Translations under genes and position numbers: made by a program
Assembly (NCBI GenBank): GCA_038883715.1
Contig: JAVZLS010000002.1
Coordinates: 1-64,000, forward strand
DNA from: Candidatus Bathyarchaeia archaeon
Lineage (GTDB): Archaea > Thermoproteota > Bathyarchaeia > Bathyarchaeales > Bathycorpusculaceae
Direction: 5' to 3'
Length of the DNA: 64,000 nucleotides
In this document: positions 1 through 8,844 of the stretch, piece after piece
Layout: each line of letters opens with the position of its first letter
How positions within the stretch are numbered: position 1 is the stretch's first letter
Notes under the pieces: model-generated
Database searches by the model: none
Told to the model about the DNA's origin: nothing
Seen by the model: only the letters and a program-made list of their open reading frames with translations

Positions 1-982
1 CAGCAGAGGATAAGCCGCCTCCGCCAAGGTCTGTTATGGCTGAAGCCAACTCAGCATCTCTGATGGCAATTATCGCCCTCTTAAGCTTCTCCTCCTCGAT
101 GGGGTTTGCAATTTGAACGGCTGGTCTGGAAACCTCTTCAGACTTTTCTGTCAGCTCAGCAGAGGCAAAAGTAACCCCGTGAATGCCGTCCCTTCCAGTC
201 TTACCCCCAGCCAAAACAATTAAATCGCCTGGTTTGGCATTTCTCCTAAACTTTTTCAGCGGCAGAAGCCCAACACATCCACAATAGACAACCACGTTGC
301 CCACATAACTCTCGTCAAAGCATATGGCACCATTAACCGTCGGAATCCCCATGTTATTGCCATAACTCCCGATACCAGCAACCACGCCCATATACAAGTA
401 CTTTGGATGCTTAACCCCTGGCGGAAGCTTCTCATAAGGGTAGTCCAGCGGACCAAATCCCAAAACATCGGTACATGCAATTGGTTCAGCCCAAACCCCC
501 AAAATGTCCCGTATAACACCACCTACACCAGTGGCTGCCCCGCCAAAAGGCTCGATAGCTGATGGATGATTATGGGTCTCCACCTTCATGGCTATGCCAT
601 AACCTTTTTCAAAGCGAATTATTCCCGCGTTATCCTCAAAAACCGAAAAGCACCAGCGGAGATTAAGTTCCTCCGTCACTCTAGCAATATAGGTTTTGAA
701 AAGGCTGTCAATTTCCTTTCCGTCAAGCTTCACTATGCCCTTAAAGGTTTTGTGGAAACAATGTTCAGACCAAGTCTGCCCAATGGTTTGAAGCTCAACA
801 TCCGTGGGGTTTCTACCTTTCCCTCTAAAGTATTTCTGAACAGACCTCATCTCATCTAGGCTTAAACCCAAACCAAGCTCACGACTAACATCTAGCAACT
901 GCTGGTCAGAAGCTTGTGCCAAGGCTATTTCAAAAAGCAGGAAAGGTGTATCCCTGCGGATATAAAGGCTGCCGCCGTTCAT
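1..982 (-). CDS. purL: Phosphoribosylformylglycinamidine synthase subunit PurL (5' part, runs off window)
   Basis: Manual translation from ATG 982, which overlaps the purS stop: MNGGSLYIRR...GRNPTDVELQTIGQTWSEHCFHK...KVETHNHPSAIEPFGGAATGVGG; not in ORF track. Confidence 0.95.
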   Translation of the reverse strand, partial: MNGGSLYIRRDTPFLLFEIALAQASDQQLLDVSRELGLGLSLDEMRSVQKYFRGKGRNPTDVELQTIGQTWSEHCFHKTFKGIVKLDGKEIDSLFKTYIARVTEELNLRWCFSVFEDNAGIIRFEKGYGIAMKVETHNHPSAIEPFGGAATGVGGVIRDILGVWAEPIACTDVLGFGPLDYPYEKLPPGVKHPKYLYMGVVAGIGSYGNNMGIPTVNGAICFDESYVGNVVVYCGCVGLLPLKKFRRNAKPGDLIVLAGGKTGRDGIHGVTFASAELTEKSEEVSRPAVQIANPIEEEKLKRAIIAIRDAELASAITDLGGGGLSSA

Positions 983-1230
983 TTCTCCTCCTCAACCAGT
1001 ATATTGTAATTGTCCTTTGTCGGATTTGCCAAAAGCCTCTTACACATGTCCTCAGCCTTCGCTAAGGCTTCCTCCCGGGAATCAGCCCAAACAACAACAT
1101 TGTAAACCTTGCTGACACCAACCCCCTCAACCTTATAACCAAGCTCCCTAAGCAAACGGGCTGCGGTTTCACCTTCCGGATCGCTGTGTCCTGGCTTTAA
1201 GCCAACCTCAATTTTCAAACGATATTTCAT
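979..1230 (-). CDS. purS: FGAM synthase subunit PurS
   Basis: 83 aa with LKPGHSDPEG and LLANP motifs; upstream of purL. Confidence 0.93.
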   Translation of the reverse strand: MKYRLKIEVGLKPGHSDPEGETAARLLRELGYKVEGVGVSKVYNVVVWADSREEALAKAEDMCKRLLANPTKDNYNILVEEEK

Positions 1231-1284
1231 AGGCTAAATTTCACATGAACCGATTTAAACACTTTCACCACAGAAAAGGCAAAC

Positions 1285-2367
1285 CTACCTTTTCAAAACC
1301 ATCTTCCTACCCTTATAGAAGACGCGGATCCCGCGGGTGTCTGTCACACGCCCTATCGCCTCGGCATGCACCCCAGACCTATCCAAAACGTCAACCGCTC
1401 TATCCGCATCTTGCTTGTCAACTACTATTGCAAAGCCCCAGCCCATATTGAAAGTCTTAAACATTTCCTCATCTGATATTTTGCCGCCAAGCTCAGAAGC
1501 AGCCTTCTGAATCACCTCAAAAATTGGCTGAGGCTTAAAATTGTTAAACTCAAAACCGATACCCTTTGAGAAAAGCATCAAACGATCAAACTTCAAATAA
1601 GCATCACCAGTAATGTGCACAGCAGCCTTAACCCTAACCTCATCCGCAACCCTCAGAAAAGGTTTAACATAAATCCTAGTAGGCTCCAAAACCTCATAAA
1701 CCAACTCCCTTTCAAGAGGCTCAGGAACATCAAACGGCTCATACCTGCCACCCCAACACTTAAACAAAACCCTACGTGCCAAAGTCACACCATTACTGTG
1801 GATTCCAGAACTCCTCAAACCGACAACAACATCGCCAGCCCTCAAATCCCTGCCATAAATAATCTTGTCCTTAGAAACTTCGCCAACAGTGGCAAAAACC
1901 ATGTCAAACCCCTTCCCCTCCACCAAACCCTTAATCAACTCTGCGACGTCACCAATCTCGCCACCGGAAACAACACACTCAGCCTCAACAGCCCCCCTCA
2001 CTATACCCTTTATCCACTCCCTAACCAAGTCCGGATCAGAAACCTGAGCATGAACGTTATCAACAACAGCTAAGGGCTTAGCGCCAGAACGAATAACATC
2101 ATTAACAGCCATGGCCACACCATCAACACCAATAGTATCATACTTGTCGGCTAACTGGGCTACCAAAACCTTAGTGCCAACCCCCTCAATCACAAGATCC
2201 AAATAAAAGCCTTCACGGAAAGGAAAAATAATTCCATAAGGAAGATGGACAACCCCACCATAACGACTAAAACAATAAGTCCTCCGCAAAAAACGCAAAG
2301 CACTCTTCGCCCTAACCCTCAAACCCCTATCAACACCAACACCAGCATAAGTAAACCCTCGAGACAA
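1285..2367 (-). CDS. purM: AIR synthase PurM
   Basis: TYAGVGVD, EGVGTK, VAMAVND, SSGIHSNG, HITG, TFNMGWG motifs; pur operon. Confidence 0.95.
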   Translation of the reverse strand: MSRGFTYAGVGVDRGLRVRAKSALRFLRRTYCFSRYGGVVHLPYGIIFPFREGFYLDLVIEGVGTKVLVAQLADKYDTIGVDGVAMAVNDVIRSGAKPLAVVDNVHAQVSDPDLVREWIKGIVRGAVEAECVVSGGEIGDVAELIKGLVEGKGFDMVFATVGEVSKDKIIYGRDLRAGDVVVGLRSSGIHSNGVTLARRVLFKCWGGRYEPFDVPEPLERELVYEVLEPTRIYVKPFLRVADEVRVKAAVHITGDAYLKFDRLMLFSKGIGFEFNNFKPQPIFEVIQKAASELGGKISDEEMFKTFNMGWGFAIVVDKQDADRAVDVLDRSGVHAEAIGRVTDTRGIRVFYKGRKMVLKR

Positions 2368-2444
2368 ACAGCAACCCCTCGCACAGCTTACAATCTATAA
2401 AAGTGCCTTTTAAACGTTCACCGACAAAAAACTATAAAAGTTTA

Positions 2445-2525
2445 AGGGGGCAGGCGGATTCGAACCTCACGCCGAAAGGAGAAGGGAGAAAATCATAAGC
2501 CGAAACTCCGCCTGCCTCTCCCCTT
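2445..2525. other. GC-rich long imperfect hairpin, candidate structured RNA
   Basis: GGCAGGCGGA pairs with TCCGCCTGCC, with further TTCG/CGAA and (minus strand) CTTATG/CGTGAG pairing; overlaps the stop of the wHTH gene. Confidence 0.5.
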
Positions 2526-2891
2526 CGCTTTCGTTGACAAGCTAAAACATCCGTAAACAACCTTGGCATGTGCCAGTGTTTCAGATTTCTCCCAAAGCAT
2601 CTTTAGTAAAGTATAATATAATCTTAAAAACTCCAGACCTTTCTCGCTGGTCTTATACAAAATCTTCTTCTCGTCAACCTTAACTTCGATAAGACCTATC
2701 TTAATTAGATGACTTAAGTATTTTTGAAGCTGTGTATAATTTGTGTTTAGGTGAGTTGCGATGTCACAACGGGTTACTTCTTTAACAGCTCCCTCGAGAA
2801 TAACTGCTATGATCTCAAAGGAGCTTCGATACCTCTTATTAAACGGACGCCCTGCATAAACCAGCGTAGACTTTTCTAAAGCTGCCTTCAT
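2493..2891 (-). CDS. Winged helix-turn-helix protein (archaeal HTH_45-like)
   Basis: RSSFEIIAVIL...NTNYTQLQKYLSHLIKIGLI...YKTSEKGLEFL pattern. Confidence 0.8.
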   Translation of the reverse strand: MKAALEKSTLVYAGRPFNKRYRSSFEIIAVILEGAVKEVTRCDIATHLNTNYTQLQKYLSHLIKIGLIEVKVDEKKILYKTSEKGLEFLRLYYTLLKMLWEKSETLAHAKVVYGCFSLSTKAKGRGRRSFGL

Positions 2892-3014
2892 TTCGAGATC
2901 TAAAGTGTCTTTGCAGCTTTAAAGAAAAATGAGTTTTTTCCATGGAAATTATTGAATGAAACAAAAATATTAACAAATAACTATTGAAAGTTTAAAAATG
3001 GTTATATATGCGCC

Positions 3015-3038
3015 TTTTATATACATTTCAATTGAAAT
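3015..3038 (+). promoter_or_regulatory. TATA box followed by a perfect 14-bp palindrome (putative operator)
   Basis: TTTTATATA 3015-3023, then ATTTCAATTGAAAT 3025-3038; ATG at 3057. Confidence 0.5.
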
Positions 3039-3056
3039 TGTTGAACAGGTTGAAAC

Positions 3057-3668
3057 ATGTCAGAAATTAAGTTAAAATCAGCCGAAACAAGATTTCTAGA
3101 AGAAGCACTAGGTTCAGATTACAAAGTTGTCAGCGTCCGCCTGCGAGAAGGCGAGTACCAATATGAACTATCTAAAACCATAGCAAGCTTTCAGCTTGAA
3201 TTATGTTTTCCAAACGTCAAAGATCTGATTAAAAGGTTGCACGGCGGAGAAAAAATTGATGATGTCCAACTTATTCGCAAAATCCAAACGATACTTAAAA
3301 AATTGGAGAAAAGCGGAGTAATAAGAATTCTACCTAAAACCAAACCATGGGAACTACAACGCTACGCCCTCCTAAGCCTAAAATTCATAGACAGTGACAA
3401 AAACTACATATCTCTTGTAACAAATGAACAGATACAGCAAGCAAGAGAAAAGCTAAAAACAATCCTTAACCAACACGCAGTGACAAACTACCCTACGGCA
3501 CTTTTAAAACTAAGGGCCTACATATTGACTACCACAATTGCTCTCTCTGATGTCATACTTGTTTGGAATTTACTACAACCTATCATCAACCCAATTATCG
3601 TCGTTGGATCATTTTCAATAGCAATTTTATGCTCCATTACCCTCGGAAGATTGCTATCACAAGATTAA
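3057..3668 (+). CDS. Hypothetical protein with wHTH-like soluble domain and two C-terminal TM helices
   Basis: IQTILKKLEKSGVIRI resembles a recognition helix plus wing; hydrophobic C-terminal hairpin. Confidence 0.6.
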   Translation: MSEIKLKSAETRFLEEALGSDYKVVSVRLREGEYQYELSKTIASFQLELCFPNVKDLIKRLHGGEKIDDVQLIRKIQTILKKLEKSGVIRILPKTKPWELQRYALLSLKFIDSDKNYISLVTNEQIQQAREKLKTILNQHAVTNYPTALLKLRAYILTTTIALSDVILVWNLLQPIINPIIVVGSFSIAILCSITLGRLLSQD

Positions 3669-3697
3669 ATGCGCAACAATGTCGGAGGTATTGAAAA

Positions 3698-5350
3698 GTG
3701 GAGAAAAACATGTCTAAAACCTTATTACTGCTAATATTGTGCCTATGCACAACTACAATTATTAAATATGGTAAAACACTCGTAAACGCTAAGCCATCAA
3801 CTTTAATAGTCCCTTACGATTTCGGAAGCATTCAAGACGCTATTAATAATGCAAATTCAGGAGATGTTATCCTTATACATCCAGGAATATACTACGAAAA
3901 TATAATCATTAACAAAAGCATCACGCTATTAGGAAAAGACAGAGAAAACACCATCATTGATGGACGTGGATTAGGAAGTATAATTATTTCAATACAAGCT
4001 TCCAATGTGAATATCAGTAACTTGACTATACAAAATAGCAGTCCTTCTATAGGTTGCGGAATATATGTGGGACGACTTGCTGAAAGCACCACTGTAAGCA
4101 ATAACAACGTAAGAAACAATAACATCGGAATTCAAATGGAATATTCGAACCGAAACCAAATCTGTGAAAACATGATATCAACAAATAATGTTGGCATCCT
4201 ACTTTTAGATTCGAGTGGCAACACCATTTTCAGGAACAATGTTAAAGATAATCACGATGGAATCGACATGTACTATTCTATTGGTAATGTAGTTTACGAA
4301 AATCTCTTTTCCGGCAATGATTGGGGTGTATTTCTTTTTTATAGTAGCAATAATATTTTTTATCACAACAATTTTGTTAACAACAATTATGATGTGTATG
4401 CTAAACAGACAATTAACACGTGGAGTGTTAATGGTGAGGGAAACTATTGGGACGACTATGCATGCATTGATGAATATCATGGTCCTTATCAGAATACTAC
4501 CGGCAGTGATGGTATTGGGGATTCTCCATACAAAGTCGCTGAAGGAAACGTCGATTATTATCCCTTGATGGGAATGTTTTACAAATTTATTGCATCCTTC
4601 AGCGGAAACATTTATCATGTTGCCATAATATCCAATTCAACAATTCTTAATTTTACATTTAAGACGATAGCTGAAACAAAGGCTAGAGTTATACTTTTAA
4701 ATGTAAGTAGTAACGGTAACTCTGCAAGTTTTAGTAGAATTGTCATTCCCAAAACATTGATGGCACATATACACGCGGTGCTCGTTGATGAAGAAGAGGT
4801 CAATGCGACTCTACTTGACGTTGAAAACGCAGAAAATCTTTGTCTGTACATCGAACATCCCTGTGACTGTTCCATTAAACTACTATACTCGGAGATTCTA
4901 GACTTGTATTATCAGCTGCTCCAAAATTATGAAGAGTTGCTAAAGAAGTATGACTACTTAGACGCATCTTATTCCACGCTTTTAGATCGGTACTACCAGT
5001 TACTTTCTAATCACACAGCGTTGCTCGATATGTATCGCAGCCTAAACGGATCGTATTCCATGCTACTAGAGCTAAATTTGAGGCTTTTGGTATTTAATGC
5101 CAGCGTTAACGTGCTTATTGAAAAGTTTAATGCTTTGAATAGGACGCTTTACAACCTTTTAGGGAATTATAGCCAACTTCAAGATGAGTTTAATGATGCA
5201 AACTCATCTTTCAAGAGTCAAGAACAAAACCTCAAAAGTTTAATTTATATTTTCGCTGCAACGACCACTACCTTCATTTTAACAACTATTTACTTCTCAA
5301 AGAAGGCGCATGAAAAGGCTGCAAGATCAAGAGTTGCCAGTGACATATGA
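3698..5350 (+). CDS. Cell-surface NosD/CASH right-handed beta-helix protein with coiled-coil stalk and C-terminal anchor
   Basis: Signal peptide, SIQDAINNANSGDVI..PGIYYEN, Asn-rich repeats, GNYWDDY, DGIGD.PY, heptad stalk, C-terminal TM. Confidence 0.85.
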   Translation: MEKNMSKTLLLLILCLCTTTIIKYGKTLVNAKPSTLIVPYDFGSIQDAINNANSGDVILIHPGIYYENIIINKSITLLGKDRENTIIDGRGLGSIIISIQASNVNISNLTIQNSSPSIGCGIYVGRLAESTTVSNNNVRNNNIGIQMEYSNRNQICENMISTNNVGILLLDSSGNTIFRNNVKDNHDGIDMYYSIGNVVYENLFSGNDWGVFLFYSSNNIFYHNNFVNNNYDVYAKQTINTWSVNGEGNYWDDYACIDEYHGPYQNTTGSDGIGDSPYKVAEGNVDYYPLMGMFYKFIASFSGNIYHVAIISNSTILNFTFKTIAETKARVILLNVSSNGNSASFSRIVIPKTLMAHIHAVLVDEEEVNATLLDVENAENLCLYIEHPCDCSIKLLYSEILDLYYQLLQNYEELLKKYDYLDASYSTLLDRYYQLLSNHTALLDMYRSLNGSYSMLLELNLRLLVFNASVNVLIEKFNALNRTLYNLLGNYSQLQDEFNDANSSFKSQEQNLKSLIYIFAATTTTFILTTIYFSKKAHEKAARSRVASDI

Positions 5351-5426
5351 AACATTTTTAACGAAAGTTTTAATATATGTTTACTTTACAAAACAACGCG
5401 GCGAAAAAATTTAAACAAATTTTGCT

Positions 5427-5502
5427 GCGGCCGTAGTCTAGCCTGGTAGGACTTCGGCCTCCCGAGCCGGCGACCCGGGTTCAAATCCCGGCGGCCGCAC
5501 CA
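5427..5502 (+). tRNA. tRNA-Gly(CCC), CCA encoded
   Basis: GCGGCCG acceptor stem, anticodon loop CT-CCC-GA, GGTTCAAATCC T arm, ends ACCA. Confidence 0.95.
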
Positions 5503-5586
5503 CAAAGAAAACACAAGCTGATAACAGTTTCATCTCGCCAAAGTCTCTGGCAACCGCATTATGCTACAGTCTATTAGTTCAGACAA

Positions 5587-5823
5587 CTATTCCAAATAGT
5601 AAAGTATGGTGTGGTGGATCGCTATTGCTAAACCTATCAATAATAAAATTATTCCCAGCATAAAGAATAGCGGGTAAATTCCTGAGATCCACTGATGTGA
5701 CCATTGAAGATACAGTGGGAGGCCTATCATTAGAGAACCTAAAAACACTATTACGACGCCGATGAAAACCTTTACATAAACTTTTAGCTTATTTTTGAGG
5801 CTTATGAGCCACTCTTTCATCAT
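5587..5823 (-). CDS. Small two-TM membrane protein
   Basis: 78 aa ORF with two hydrophobic segments. Confidence 0.6.
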   Translation of the reverse strand: MMKEWLISLKNKLKVYVKVFIGVVIVFLGSLMIGLPLYLQWSHQWISGIYPLFFMLGIILLLIGLAIAIHHTILYYLE

Positions 5824-5959
5824 TTCTTTAACCTGTCTTTGAAGCCCATCATAACCATTTATTCATTCCTTATGTGTTTATTTAAACATTAGCAACAATA
5901 ATATCCCATAGACTTTAAGCTTGGAAGCATATAATAACAGACCTTGAGGAGTTGGTGAT

Positions 5960-6157
5960 ATGCCTATAGTTCATGTGTATGTTTGGGAAGGTTTCGGAAA
6001 AGACCGAGTTAAAACATTAATTCGGGAGATAACCAAGGTGTTTGGTAGTTTAGGTGTTCCTGAAAGTGTCGTTGAAGTGGTTGTGCACGAGGTTCCGAAA
6101 ACACATTGGGGTGTTGGTGGAGAGCCAGCCTCCGAAAAGTTTAAGGATAAGCCTTAA
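5960..6157 (+). CDS. 4-oxalocrotonate tautomerase family protein
   Basis: Pro immediately after Met (MPIVHV), HWGVGG motif, GGTGA RBS. Confidence 0.9.
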   Translation: MPIVHVYVWEGFGKDRVKTLIREITKVFGSLGVPESVVEVVVHEVPKTHWGVGGEPASEKFKDKP

Positions 6158-6890
6158 AGCGAATAATATCTTCAATTTTTCTTTTTGCTTCACACATGTT
6201 TCTGGCTATGGCGTCTGGCTTCTGTCCGCTTTCAACAAGCTTTTTAATTGGGAAAAATTGTGAGGCAACAAAGACTGTCTTCATGCCTAGTTGTTTTGCG
6301 CCCTTAATGTCTTCTTCTGGGCTGTCTCCAACATAAAGCGCCTCTTCGGCCGCAACCCCAAGTCTCTTTAAGGCTTCTTCGAAGATTTTGGCGTGGGGCT
6401 TCCGCCAACCAACAGCATCTGAAACAAGAATAACGTTGAAAAAATTGCTTATTCCAACTCTCCTAAGCCCAGCATATATTACAGGGGCATATGTAAAGTT
6501 TGAAACAAGTCCAAGCTTATAATCCCCAGCCAAAGCTTCCAATGTTTGCCTTGCACATTTCCTAAGCCTAAAAGAGCTCAGATAATCCTCGAAGAAAATG
6601 TTAACAGCAGTCTTTATGCGAGTGTCCTCTGGACTTGTTTTGAAACCCAAACTGTTTAGGGCTTCGGAAATCCATATGGCGTTTGTAACTTCGACAAGCT
6701 TCTGGTAGCGTATAACACGATACTTTTCATGAGCTTGGCTGTATGCCTCCAAAAAGTCTTTTTGGCTCACATCAAAACCAGCGTCAACAATGGACCTGTA
6801 AAGCTTCATTTTGGAAGTTTCCAGGTTGTAGCCCTTGACACTCACCAGTGTGCCAATAAAGTCAAACATTACAGCTTTAATGGGCGGCAA
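6141..6890 (-). CDS. HAD-superfamily hydrolase
   Basis: FDFIGTL, VSN, RKP, VGDS..EDI.GA motifs. Confidence 0.88.
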   Translation of the reverse strand: MPPIKAVMFDFIGTLVSVKGYNLETSKMKLYRSIVDAGFDVSQKDFLEAYSQAHEKYRVIRYQKLVEVTNAIWISEALNSLGFKTSPEDTRIKTAVNIFFEDYLSSFRLRKCARQTLEALAGDYKLGLVSNFTYAPVIYAGLRRVGISNFFNVILVSDAVGWRKPHAKIFEEALKRLGVAAEEALYVGDSPEEDIKGAKQLGMKTVFVASQFFPIKKLVESGQKPDAIARNMCEAKRKIEDIIRFKAYP

Positions 6891-6994
6891 AGCCTTGCTT
6901 CTCCAACTTACCGAATTTTAATTCTTCTCTGCAATACTTATTTTCATTTAATAAGGTTTAGGTATATGTCCAATAATGAGAATATTGAGGCGCC

Positions 6995-7399
6995 ATGTCT
7001 TTCAGGGACTATCTTCACGAGAAAGCTGAAGAGTCAAGACATAATGAGACTGTTGCTTATCTAATGTTTCTCGCCGGAACAATATTTTTTGTTGGAGGAA
7101 TCCTTGAAAACCTATTCATAAGCAGCGTGATCAAGGTAAGCCCTGAATGGTTTTTGTTCATTCCATATTATGCTGTTTTCCACAGCGGGACAGTTCTGGG
7201 TTTAGCCCTAATAATTTGTGGTTTAACCCTAATCGTGTATGGCATAACAGCCGGAATAAGTTATTCGAGGGACAGAAGCTGGTACATGAACGAGTTGCGG
7301 AAGGCAAACTCTATGGAAGAAGTTTTACTATCTAAGAAGCGGGTTTCAAGCGAAACAAAACCGCAAAAACCAGCAAAGAAACAGCCAAATAAGGATTAA
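6995..7399 (+). CDS. Hypothetical two-TM membrane protein
   Basis: 134 aa, two hydrophobic helices, basic tail. Confidence 0.7.
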   Translation: MSFRDYLHEKAEESRHNETVAYLMFLAGTIFFVGGILENLFISSVIKVSPEWFLFIPYYAVFHSGTVLGLALIICGLTLIVYGITAGISYSRDRSWYMNELRKANSMEEVLLSKKRVSSETKPQKPAKKQPNKD

Positions 7400-8124
7400 A
7401 GGGAAATTTTTGAGGCTATTTCAGCTAGTTTTCTGGCAAAATCCGTCTTAAGAAGCGTATCCACGTCTCCAAGTGAATCTTCAACCTTTGGATCGAAGGG
7501 CAGCTCTCCGAGGAAGCGAAAGCCAGCATCGCTAACGCTTTGCATTATGAAATCGCTCTCCCTAATTTTCATGTTTTCAACAACGCCTACTACTGGCACT
7601 TTAAGCTCTGCAAGCAACCCCAGTAGCTTTTTAACTGTTTCAAAGGCTAGTGGTGAAGGTGTTGTAACGATAAGGAAGTTTATGCCTTTAACAAGCCTAA
7701 TGAGGTCTAATGTGGCGTCGCTTATGCCTGGGGGCATATCCACTATTAGGAAATCTAAATCTCCCCATACTGTAGCGGCGAAAAGCTCCACGAGAGCGTT
7801 TGAAACATCTGTGCCCCTTAATGGCAACGCTTTCTCCTTTGAATAAGCGATAATCGAGACATATTTTAAACAGTGAACATATGCTGGGATTATGCCCTTC
7901 TCCTCTTTTGGTTTGACATCTTTAACGCCTAAAATTAGGTGGGTTGAGGGACTCGTGAAATCAGCGTCAAACAGCCCAACCTTAAAGTTTTTTCTTGCCA
8001 GTGTGAGGGCGAGGATGGATGCGACGAGGCTTTTCCCAACACCACCTTTACCACTTGAAACGGCAATTATGCGCTTTACCCCTTCAAGTCTCCTGTTGAT
8101 TATGCTTTCCCGCGGGTCTAGCAT
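7396..8124 (-). CDS. hypB: Mrp/MinD-family ATPase, probably ATPase-type HypB
   Basis: SGKGGVGKS, DMPPG, VVENM; lacks the CxxC of ApbC/Nbp35; directly downstream of hypA. Confidence 0.75.
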   Translation of the reverse strand: MLDPRESIINRRLEGVKRIIAVSSGKGGVGKSLVASILALTLARKNFKVGLFDADFTSPSTHLILGVKDVKPKEEKGIIPAYVHCLKYVSIIAYSKEKALPLRGTDVSNALVELFAATVWGDLDFLIVDMPPGISDATLDLIRLVKGINFLIVTTPSPLAFETVKKLLGLLAELKVPVVGVVENMKIRESDFIMQSVSDAGFRFLGELPFDPKVEDSLGDVDTLLKTDFARKLAEIASKISL

Positions 8125-8126
8125 GC

Positions 8127-8525
8127 CTATTTTACTCCCCTTACGCTTTCAAGCCACACGCCCCTTCCCTGCAAAATTTCAAAGTCCGGGCTGCCACATC
8201 TTGGGCATTTAATGTAGGCGTGGGCTGTTTCTGGAACGAAGTGGATGGCCTCGGCTGTTTCCTCGTCGAGTTTGTTGCGGCTAAAAGACCATGTGTGTCT
8301 GCAGACTCTGCACTGTAATTCGGCTTTGACAGTTTCGATGAGAAATTTTGCGTTTTTGAGCTTGTCCACTTTAAGCTCTGACAATGCGAACTCTAAAATG
8401 TCCACTTCCACTTGTTGAAGCTCGCCCACTTTTATCTTGACTTCCTTAACCTCCTTTAACCCCTCCTTTTCAGCTATTTGCAAGACAGAAGAGATTATTG
8501 CCTCCGCCAAAGCCCACTCATGCAT
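8127..8525 (-). CDS. hypA: Hydrogenase nickel chaperone HypA
   Basis: Start trimmed to MHEWALA (ATG 8525); two CxxC motifs; AIHFVPE. Confidence 0.93.
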   Translation of the reverse strand: MHEWALAEAIISSVLQIAEKEGLKEVKEVKIKVGELQQVEVDILEFALSELKVDKLKNAKFLIETVKAELQCRVCRHTWSFSRNKLDEETAEAIHFVPETAHAYIKCPRCGSPDFEILQGRGVWLESVRGVK

Positions 8526-8644
8526 AGGAAAGCCTCCGCAAAGCCGCATTTAAAAATATTGTAGCCTAATGCCTTTAAACGCCTTTAGATGGAACGAAAA
8601 ATTTTTAAACATCCAGTTTTCCCCACCAAAATTTGGTGATGGCC

Positions 8645-8701
8645 ATGCCAAAGAAGAAGAAAGAAGAGAAGAAGGAGGAGAAGAAGGAAGAAAAGAAGTG
8701 A
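8645..8701 (+). CDS. 18-aa KE-repeat micropeptide MPKKKKEEKKEEKKEEKK
   Basis: TATA TTTTTAAA 8602-8609, GGTGA RBS 8635-8639, synonymous codon variation, T-rich tract downstream. Confidence 0.55.
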   Translation: MPKKKKEEKKEEKKEEKK

Positions 8702-8844
8702 AAGCTCTCTTCGCCTCTTAAACGTGCTTGGCCTCACCAATCCACAGTTAAAACTTTAACATCTTCTCCTTGCTTCTTTTTCTTTAATTTGGAAAATGAG
8801 AAGTGTTAAATTGCCGCGTTTATTTTTGACTTTCAAGTGTCGAG

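Noticed and set aside
2445-2473. tRNA fragment or att site (GGTTCGAATCC)
   Set aside because: The T-stem does not pair, there is no cloverleaf, no match to the tRNAs in the window and no integrase; kept only as a hairpin.
8651-8698. GAA microsatellite or CRISPR-like repeat
   Set aside because: No spacers; variation is synonymous in one frame, so it is better explained as coding.
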